A stretch of 64,000 nucleotides of DNA from Desulfatiglandales bacterium. GTDB lineage: Bacteria; Desulfobacterota; DSM-4660; Desulfatiglandales; HGW-15. Below, one piece after another: positions 56,775 to 64,000 of this stretch; positions within the stretch are counted from its first letter, which is position 1, and each line of letters starts with the position of its first letter. Location of the stretch: contig CAXXJJ010000004.1 in assembly GCA_963667015.2 (NCBI GenBank), positions 2,656,001 to 2,720,000 of the forward strand. The letters run 5' to 3'. The position numbers and the translations under genes were made by a program. The notes beneath the pieces are model-generated. The model saw only the letters and a program-made list of their open reading frames with translations, was not told the origin of the DNA and made no database searches.

Positions 56775-57719
56775 TTATTTTTCGCCTTTGTAACCCTTAA
56801 AGTATTTAAAAAATTCCGAATCAGTAGAGAGAATTAAGGAACTGTCTTTCCCGATACTTTGCTTGTAAATATCAAGGGTCTGCATAAAAGAGTAAAATTC
56901 CGGATCCTTTCCAAAGGCCTGCGCATAGATAAGCGTGGCTTCACCATCGGCCTTACCCTTTATCTCTTCAGCGGTTTTATAGGCCTCGGATGTAATCCTC
57001 TTCATTTCCTTTTCCCTGTCACCCTCGATCTTTCGCGCTTCTCCCTGGCCCTCGGATCGGAATTTTTCAGCGATCTGTTTTCTTTCGGCTATCATTCTGC
57101 CGAATACAGACTTTTGTACTTCATCTTCATACTTGATTCTTTTGATTTTTACGTCAACAAGCTGAATACCAAATTCTTCAAGTTTCGGCTGTGCCTGATC
57201 AAGGATATTTCTGGCTATTTTAGCTCGTCCGGTAACAATCGAATCCATTGCAATTTCCTTCTTTGTACCGTCCACTCCGCTGTCAAAGGTATCTGCCTCC
57301 AGCCGGCGATCTGTATTTCTGACTGTCTCTATTAAAGGATTGGATGTTATCGCATTTCGAATTGTAGAATTCAATATGTCATCCAGCCTTGCCAGGGCAG
57401 CCATTTCATTATTGAGTGTCTGGAAATATTTGAGAGGATCAACTATTTTCCATCTGGCGAAGGTATCCACCCAGATGAATGTCTTGTCCAGTGTCGGGAT
57501 CTGATCAGGATCACCATCCCATTCCAGCAGGTTCTTCGGGAATACTGTAGCTGTATAGTAGGGAATTTTGAACTTTAAGCCGGGTTCCCGAACAGCGTCA
57601 CCGATTGGTTTTCCAAACTGGGTGATAATAACCTGCTCCGTTTCATCAACTGTATAGATGCACAATGAAGCTACAAATAACAATATTACGCCAATGACTA
57701 TTACTGGTGCAAATTTCAT
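56775..57719 (-). CDS. hflC: FtsH modulator HflC
   Basis: TQFGKP..EPGL, RMIAER..IA..FRSEG, DPEFYSF. Confidence 0.95.
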   Translation of the reverse strand: MKFAPVIVIGVILLFVASLCIYTVDETEQVIITQFGKPIGDAVREPGLKFKIPYYTATVFPKNLLEWDGDPDQIPTLDKTFIWVDTFARWKIVDPLKYFQTLNNEMAALARLDDILNSTIRNAITSNPLIETVRNTDRRLEADTFDSGVDGTKKEIAMDSIVTGRAKIARNILDQAQPKLEEFGIQLVDVKIKRIKYEDEVQKSVFGRMIAERKQIAEKFRSEGQGEARKIEGDREKEMKRITSEAYKTAEEIKGKADGEATLIYAQAFGKDPEFYSFMQTLDIYKQSIGKDSSLILSTDSEFFKYFKGYKGEK

Positions 57720-58756
57720 CTTTCACCTCCCGTAGTTTTATCAAGGTTTAGAAGAGGAAGCAGATTTTTCTGCTGGGAGTCCACGATGAATTTATTACCC
57801 AGTTTCGGAAAAACATCCTTTAAGGCCTCGAGATAAAGCCTTCTTTTTGTGACATCCTTCGCCTTTGAATATTCCTCATACAGCGAATTGAATCTGGCCG
57901 CGTCACCCCTGGATCTGTTTACCCTGTCAAGGGCATATCCTTCCGCAGCCTTGATCGTTTTCTCTGCCTGGCCCTTTGCCTGTGGAATCATCTTGTTATA
58001 CTGTTCCTGGGCCTCATATATCATCCTTTCCTTTTCCTGCTGGGCCTGGTTGACCTCATTCCATGAGGGCTGAACAGGTTCGGGAACGTTTGTCTTCTGC
58101 ATTTCGATAGTTGTGATGTTTATGCCTGTTTCCGCCTCATCCAGTTCTTTCTGAAGCAGCATTTTCGCCTGATTGGCAATCTCATCTCTTTTATTAATAA
58201 CTTCGGTAATACTCCTGTCGCCGACAACGAGCCTCATGGTGGATTCTGACAGGTCTCTCAGGGTGGATTTCACATTTCGCACCTTGAAAAGAAAATGGTA
58301 CGGATCCTTGATATTATACTGAACAACCCATGGTACGATTGCAACATTTAGATCCCCGGTTAACATAAGTGCTTCATCGAGATAAGCTGAATCAGAGGCA
58401 AACCTGGTCCTGACTCCGGGAGTGATTGTTCTAAAACCAAACTCCTCTTTCTGCACTTCCCGCACAGGAACCTTGGTAAGTTTTTCAATCCCAGCCGGCC
58501 ATTTGATATGCGGACCGGGCATTGTTGTCCTAACATGCCGCCCGAAACGCTGCACAACCCCGACCTCGTTCGGATTGATTTTATAAATCATGTTAAAGGC
58601 AAGGAATGCCATTACCAGTAAAACGACAACAATCCATGCTCCGGGAAATTTCCCCTTCATGTCCTTAAATTTTTCCAGTACCTCATCCACCTGAGGTGGA
58701 GGGCCGCCCTGCCGGGCCTTCTTCTGCTGCTGCAGTTTATCCCAATCCCATGCCAT
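57716..58756 (-). CDS. hflK: FtsH modulator HflK
   Basis: GPPP.VDE, MLTGDLN, VTKRRLYLE. Confidence 0.95.
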   Translation of the reverse strand: MAWDWDKLQQQKKARQGGPPPQVDEVLEKFKDMKGKFPGAWIVVVLLVMAFLAFNMIYKINPNEVGVVQRFGRHVRTTMPGPHIKWPAGIEKLTKVPVREVQKEEFGFRTITPGVRTRFASDSAYLDEALMLTGDLNVAIVPWVVQYNIKDPYHFLFKVRNVKSTLRDLSESTMRLVVGDRSITEVINKRDEIANQAKMLLQKELDEAETGINITTIEMQKTNVPEPVQPSWNEVNQAQQEKERMIYEAQEQYNKMIPQAKGQAEKTIKAAEGYALDRVNRSRGDAARFNSLYEEYSKAKDVTKRRLYLEALKDVFPKLGNKFIVDSQQKNLLPLLNLDKTTGGER

Positions 58757-59002
58757 AGTATTCCTCTGTTTATTTAGTTTAGATCAGGCGGTCATTTTAA
58801 CGGGAGGGTTCCTTTTAGTCAAGGGATATCGGGGAGTGTAACTAACCTTCGACAAATTGAATAACTGCTTTGATTGATTGGCTTTATGCTCCGTTGTTCT
58901 TCCGGCTTTTAGCGCAGGGCACAGGAAAAAAAAATAAAAAAACTTGATTTCTCTTCTACAGCCATTAAGATCATTAAATATTTCATTAGAAAGAGACTCC
59001 TG

Positions 59003-59314
59003 ATGACCGAAGAAAAAAAAGAATCCATGACCGCCCTCAAGGATATACTGCAGGGTCTGCTGGCCAATTCAAATCTCAAGTTTAATCCTTCAGATGCGGA
59101 GATATGGGAGGTATGGGATGAGGTTGTTGGTCCGGCCATAGCAGAACATGCACAGCCATCCGGCATCACAAAGAAAACACTTAGAGTACGTGTTGAAGAG
59201 CCTATCTGGCTTCAGGAACTCGAGTTTGTTGCAGATACCATCAGGGAAAAATTAAATGACAGGCTTGGAAGGAACGCTGTCGAGAAGGTAATCTTCAGGC
59301 TTGGTTCCCTATAG
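59003..59314 (+). CDS. DUF721/DciA-family protein
   Basis: WDEVVGPAIAEHAQP...WLQEL. Confidence 0.85.
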   Translation: MTEEKKESMTALKDILQGLLANSNLKFNPSDAEIWEVWDEVVGPAIAEHAQPSGITKKTLRVRVEEPIWLQELEFVADTIREKLNDRLGRNAVEKVIFRLGSL

Positions 59315-60023
59315 AATAGTCTCCCTGGCCCAATAAAGGCGGCAGAATCGTCAGACCGCTCTTTCCTCCAAACCAGGCCTCAATAAGTACAAGTTTCGCA
59401 TTTGAGCCCATATCCGGAAATATAACCCTCATCTTTTTTGGTTCAAATCCTGCCTGCCTGAGCTTATCCATCAGGTCCGTCAGTCTCTCTGCAGGATATA
59501 TCAAAGATAATCTTCCCTTTGTGCAGAGCAGATATTTTGAAGCCGTTATAATATCATCCAGAGATGCATGGATCTCATGGCGGGCTATTGCTCTCTGATT
59601 ATCAGGATTAATCCTGCCGCTTTCCTTGCGCCTGTAAGGTGGATTACATACAACAACATTTGCGGAAGAAACCTTTAGAGGCAGGTTACGCATGTCCCCG
59701 CGGATAACACTCATTTTATGGTCAAGATTATTCAGCTTTGCGTTACGCATAGCCTGGCAGGCCAGCTCCGGCTGTATTTCAAGGCAATGGATATGTCTTA
59801 CAGGTTTGGAAACAAGAAGAGACAGGGGAATAACCCCGCAACCTGTCCCAAGGTCCACAACCGTGTCATTTTTTTTTATGGTAACAAAGTCGGAGAGCAG
59901 GATGGCATCGATTGAAAACCTGTAGCCCGTTTTTGACTGAATAATTCGCAGCTTTCCATCCCTGAATGGATCGATGGATTCTCCAAGTAAAGGTCCTATT
60001 TCAGAAGATCTGGATGCAGTCAT
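59295..60023 (-). CDS. tRNA1(Val) A37 N6-methyltransferase-like
   Basis: GYRFSIDAILL, DLGTGCG, NPPY, ARHE. Confidence 0.88.
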   Translation of the reverse strand: MTASRSSEIGPLLGESIDPFRDGKLRIIQSKTGYRFSIDAILLSDFVTIKKNDTVVDLGTGCGVIPLSLLVSKPVRHIHCLEIQPELACQAMRNAKLNNLDHKMSVIRGDMRNLPLKVSSANVVVCNPPYRRKESGRINPDNQRAIARHEIHASLDDIITASKYLLCTKGRLSLIYPAERLTDLMDKLRQAGFEPKKMRVIFPDMGSNAKLVLIEAWFGGKSGLTILPPLLGQGDYSIGNQA

Positions 60024-61353
60024 CAGGATCTATCTTGTTTAAGACCATTCCGGTCAGGACTTTGGGATAAAAATAGGTTGATTTTCTGGGCATCACTAAA
60101 GATCCCCTGGCGATCTCCTGCACCTGCTCTATCTTTGTCGGATTTAAAAGAAATGTTATATCACATTCCCCCGAATCAACAAGGGAGATGGAAGACGCAA
60201 TATTGCTGTTGTACTGGAATATGCCGTCATTATCCAGATCTGCCTTTGTGAAGCCAAGCGCTTTCTGAAGTATCAGCCTTGATAAAACAATAACATCCAG
60301 TTTTCTCAAGGAGGGATGAAGATCTTTTTCCAGCTCATCCATTACTCCTGCCTTTTGGGACATCAGGTAATATCCATTCTCTTTATTACAGTAAAAAATA
60401 AATGCCGAGGTTTCAGCGCCTTTTGCGGCAAGAGCGGATTTAAGCTCCAGAACATATTCCTTTGTATCTGTATTGGAAGGAGGCAGTTTTTCAATCTCAA
60501 ACCACTGCTGTGCCTTTTCAAGAAAATCTGAAGGCTCAAAACCTTCGCTCTTTTTTATGAGACGATGGGAAGGCAGTATGGTTAAACCTTCCTCACCCAT
60601 ATCTGTCAGATACATCATTACATATTCATAGGGTTTGTCAAGGCCAGCCCCATGGGTTTCTCTCATAAAATTCCTGAAATTTCTCGAGGTTTCATACCTG
60701 TGGTGTCCGTCTGCAATAAATATTGATTTATCCTTCATAGAATTGGCAACCTTTTTAATGACTTCGGGATCTGTAACACACCACAGTCTATGATCTGTCC
60801 CATCCTTAAAGGTAAAGGATATCTCCGGAGGGGCATCGGTAAATGCCCTCATCGCATCAAGTATTCCCTCACCCGAGTCATCATACAACCCGAAAACCTG
60901 ACTGAGCTGTGTTGAACATGCCTTAAGGAGCTTTAACCTGTCATCCTTATGTGCGGAAAAGGTCTTTTCATGCGGAAGGATTACCCCTGATCCTTCTTCT
61001 TCTATCCTGACCAGGGAAATAATACCCCACCTTACCCGTGTCCCCCCCCTGTCTCCGGGGTTATATGAATGAGATGTCAGATAGATTGAATCCTTTTCCG
61101 AGCGAGCCATGATGGCCTCTGCTTCCCAGTTTTTCAGGTAATCGGCCGCCCTTGTATATCTGTTTTCAATATCCGAATCTCCATCCTTTTTTTTGCCGAG
61201 TTCCAGCCTAATTATATTATTTGGATGGGTATTATAATATTCTTCCTGCTCCTTTTCTGAAATAACATCATACGGTGGCGTGATTAACTTTTCGAGCTCA
61301 TTTATTTTTTTATAATTATACGTCAAACCCCTGAAGGGTGTTATTATTGCCAT
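60001..61353 (-). CDS. DUF1015-family protein
   Basis: PPYDVI, PHEKT, IADGHHRYET, MPRKSTYFYPK. Confidence 0.9.
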   Translation of the reverse strand: MAIITPFRGLTYNYKKINELEKLITPPYDVISEKEQEEYYNTHPNNIIRLELGKKKDGDSDIENRYTRAADYLKNWEAEAIMARSEKDSIYLTSHSYNPGDRGGTRVRWGIISLVRIEEEGSGVILPHEKTFSAHKDDRLKLLKACSTQLSQVFGLYDDSGEGILDAMRAFTDAPPEISFTFKDGTDHRLWCVTDPEVIKKVANSMKDKSIFIADGHHRYETSRNFRNFMRETHGAGLDKPYEYVMMYLTDMGEEGLTILPSHRLIKKSEGFEPSDFLEKAQQWFEIEKLPPSNTDTKEYVLELKSALAAKGAETSAFIFYCNKENGYYLMSQKAGVMDELEKDLHPSLRKLDVIVLSRLILQKALGFTKADLDNDGIFQYNSNIASSISLVDSGECDITFLLNPTKIEQVQEIARGSLVMPRKSTYFYPKVLTGMVLNKIDPDDCIQIF

Positions 61354-61667
61354 TTAGTAAGGAATCCCCCTGTTAGTTTTGCGCTATTTCCTATCAGATA
61401 ATGTCTCCTTGTCAACCAAAAACGGTTTTTTTAACGACCTTTTAACGATTCAATGCTTTCATGGTAAAAAAGGTGGAATTGAATGGGATTTGACTTTTTT
61501 TTGAAAATCTGCAATTAATCTCTGTTACAGGAGTTATAAATTTTAATTTAAGGAATATTTCTTAATAAAAAATCAATCCAATTTTAAATATTATCGGCAG
61601 GAACAAACAGCTTATACTGGAAGTTTGAAATCCGACATATCTATAATCTTCAATAAAAAAAGGACCC

Positions 61668-63041
61668 ATGGCTAAAAATAAGAAATTTATATATTATCTG
61701 ACACTAATACCTCTGCTTATAATTATTATCCTGTTTGCATGGCTTTTCACTGTTATTTTCGAAGGTGAGAAACCCTCGGTTACATTAAATCCTCTGCCCG
61801 CATACATCTCCCAGAAACAGGAATTCCAGTTAAATGTAAGTGACATGAAGAGGGGCATCAAAAACATCAGGGTATCCTACAGCCAGGGAAACAGTGAGGC
61901 GGCTCTACTGGAGAAGAAATTCTCCTTTGAAGGCTTTTTAAATAAAAACGGTACCCGGGAATACCGCAGTACGTTTGAACTTGACCCGTCAAAGATAAGA
62001 CTCGCCCAGGGAAAGCTTGATCTGAACATTCAGGTATGGGATTACAGCCGAAGGAACGGCGGTGACGGGAATATGAGTGTTATTAAACATTCTATGATTG
62101 TCGATACCTTCCCTCCGTCTCTAAGGGTAATCAGTAAGATGCATAACATCAAAACCGGTGGTACAGGGCTGGTTATATACAGGTCATCATCCGATACGGT
62201 TGAAAGCGGTGTTTATGTTAACGATTTATTTTTTAAAGGTTATCCTGTCAGTGAGAACCCGAAGGATGGGACATATCTTGCATATTTTGCACTTCCATTT
62301 AATGTTGGAAAAGATGCTGAAATCTATCTCTGGGCAAAGGATAAAGCGGAAAATACCACGCGCTCGACCTTCTACTATAAAATTTTAACAGATCGCTTTA
62401 GAAACGACAGATTGAATATAAGTGACGGCTTCTTAAAACGTGTTCTACCATATTTCGATTACTATGAACTTGACCCCGCACTAAGCGATGTAGACAAATA
62501 TGTCAAAATTAACAATGAATTAAGAAAAACAGACAATAATACACTTTATGAACTGCTGAAAAATACATCTCCTGTAAGGCTCTGGGATGGAACGTGGCTT
62601 CGGATGAAAAATGCGGCAAGCATGGCACAGTTCGCTGATCACAGGAGCTATTACTATAATGGAGAAAAAATAGATGAGCAGTATCACATGGGCATTGACC
62701 TTGCATCACTTGCAAACTCTCCCATCGAGGCTGCGAATAACGGAATAGTGGTCTTTGCAGAAAGAAACGGTATTTACGGCCTGACAGTTGTATTAGACCA
62801 CGGACAGGGCCTGTCTTCACTTTACGGTCACCTGAGCAGTATTAATGTAACCGTTGGAGCCACGGTGAAAAAAGGGGATATCATCGCCTATTCCGGACAG
62901 ACCGGGCTCGCAGGAGGAGACCATCTTCATTTCAGTGTACTTGTACACGGTATTTTTGTAAATCCGAAAGAATGGTGGGATTCCCACTGGATACAGGATA
63001 ATATCACACGTAAACTTAACCTTATTCAAAACCCGGATTAG
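61668..63041 (+). CDS. M23-family metallopeptidase
   Basis: HMGID, YGHLS, GDHLHF; N-terminal TM. Confidence 0.92.
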   Translation: MAKNKKFIYYLTLIPLLIIIILFAWLFTVIFEGEKPSVTLNPLPAYISQKQEFQLNVSDMKRGIKNIRVSYSQGNSEAALLEKKFSFEGFLNKNGTREYRSTFELDPSKIRLAQGKLDLNIQVWDYSRRNGGDGNMSVIKHSMIVDTFPPSLRVISKMHNIKTGGTGLVIYRSSSDTVESGVYVNDLFFKGYPVSENPKDGTYLAYFALPFNVGKDAEIYLWAKDKAENTTRSTFYYKILTDRFRNDRLNISDGFLKRVLPYFDYYELDPALSDVDKYVKINNELRKTDNNTLYELLKNTSPVRLWDGTWLRMKNAASMAQFADHRSYYYNGEKIDEQYHMGIDLASLANSPIEAANNGIVVFAERNGIYGLTVVLDHGQGLSSLYGHLSSINVTVGATVKKGDIIAYSGQTGLAGGDHLHFSVLVHGIFVNPKEWWDSHWIQDNITRKLNLIQNPD

Positions 63042-63120
63042 ATATAAAATAATAATGTCGTTAGTCTGTCATTCATTCCGGCAATTTTTTAATGATCTGA
63101 TATTTTAGTTCTCAGGAATA

Positions 63121-64000
63121 TTGGAAAAAAACTCTCCTTTAATAAAACGCATTAAACGTCATATAACCGGGCCGTTGCATAATTTTTTTATTGCAACGCT
63201 GCCCGGTTTTGAACATCTATGCAAAAAAGAACTGGAGGCACTGCAGCTTAATATAAGTGAAGTAAAAATAACAGAGGGAGGCCTGGAATTTACCGGGAAA
63301 CTCTGTGACTGCTATCTCATTAATCTGCACCTTCGTACGGCCAATCGCGTACTGATGCGTATAGCTGAATTCAATGCCACAAATTTCAGGAAGCTCGAAA
63401 AAAAAATCAAAGAGATCCCCTGGGAACTTTATCTGAAGGAAAACACCACGCCTCAAATCACGGTCACAACCAAACACTCAAGGCTCTATCACAGTGATGC
63501 AGTTTCAGAACGCATTATTGAGGGTATAAAAGAACGGAAAAAGGAAACGCTCTTTTACTGTGATGACAGCGACAAGATTCAACCTCAGAAGACTCATAAC
63601 ATCCAGAATATCTTTATTCGTCTTGTAGACGATCGTATCACCCTTTCCTTAGACAGCAGCGGTGACCTGCTTTATAAACGCGGCATAAAGCTGCATCCGG
63701 GCAGAGCACCAATCCGCGAAACCCTTGCTGCAGCAGCATTATTGAAGACGGGATTTACAGGTGAAGAACTTCTGTTTGATCCCATGTGCGGCACCGGGTC
63801 TTTTTCTATTGAAGCGGCAATGATTCTCAGGCATATCCCTCCGGGCTGGTACAGACAATTTGCATTTGAATCATGGCCGGGGTTTAAACCTGCCCAGTGG
63901 GCTCATCTGAAAAAACAGGCTCAAAAAGAAATCAGGATAGCTAATGATAATCCGGGCATTATAGCGTGCGATAAGGATCAAAAAAGCTGCAGGGCTTTAT
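63121..64000 (+). CDS. THUMP-domain RNA methyltransferase (RlmL-like), runs off the window
   Basis: Manual translation from TTG 63121: ...SLDSSGDLLYKRG...APIRETLAAA...DPMCGTGS. Confidence 0.85.
   Translation, partial: MEKNSPLIKRIKRHITGPLHNFFIATLPGFEHLCKKELEALQLNISEVKITEGGLEFTGKLCDCYLINLHLRTANRVLMRIAEFNATNFRKLEKKIKEIPWELYLKENTTPQITVTTKHSRLYHSDAVSERIIEGIKERKKETLFYCDDSDKIQPQKTHNIQNIFIRLVDDRITLSLDSSGDLLYKRGIKLHPGRAPIRETLAAAALLKTGFTGEELLFDPMCGTGSFSIEAAMILRHIPPGWYRQFAFESWPGFKPAQWAHLKKQAQKEIRIANDNPGIIACDKDQKSCRAL

Noticed and set aside
1..64000. tRNA/rRNA genes, prophage or intact transposase
   Set aside because: None recognised by eye; tRNAscan-SE, Infernal and ISEScan would be needed to exclude them formally.

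Overview
Chromosomal window from an AT-leaning anaerobic bacterium. Gene content and style suggest a Desulfobacterota/deltaproteobacterium (inference). Most of the window is housekeeping: nudC, queE, galE, a NuoEF/HoxU-like diaphorase trio, class II RNR nrdJ, sfsA, recD2, radA, KamA-like, panP, truA, rpsI-rplM, a Cpx-like two-component system with a divergent RND pump, dacB, GH3, hflKC, and an M23 peptidase. There are two accessory zones. Zone 1 (~400-5450): a ParB/DNA-methylase pseudogene broken by a 150-bp MITE (6-bp TSD, inserted in the loop of a 17-bp hairpin) and a 50-bp insert; an AT-rich, translationally coupled three-gene cassette (TIGR04255-like, small acidic protein, possible PemK/MazF-like) between 14-bp inverted repeats; and two minus-strand cassettes (one a DUF4258/DUF2283 TA pair), each preceded by the same ~70-bp promoter module and a heptamer tract. 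Zone 2 (~44800-49900): two stand-alone receiver proteins, a sensor-less class III nucleotide cyclase with non-canonical specificity residues followed by a 2-TM + tandem-RCK membrane protein (best candidate for an undescribed signalling system), an orphan ParM/StbA actin and a RAYT remnant. Non-coding features: a sigma28 promoter + c-di-GMP-I riboswitch + terminator ahead of a small protein, an NrdR box, CpxR-type boxes, and a sigma54/enhancer layout present twice, 44 kb apart. All calls are by eye; no database searches were run.
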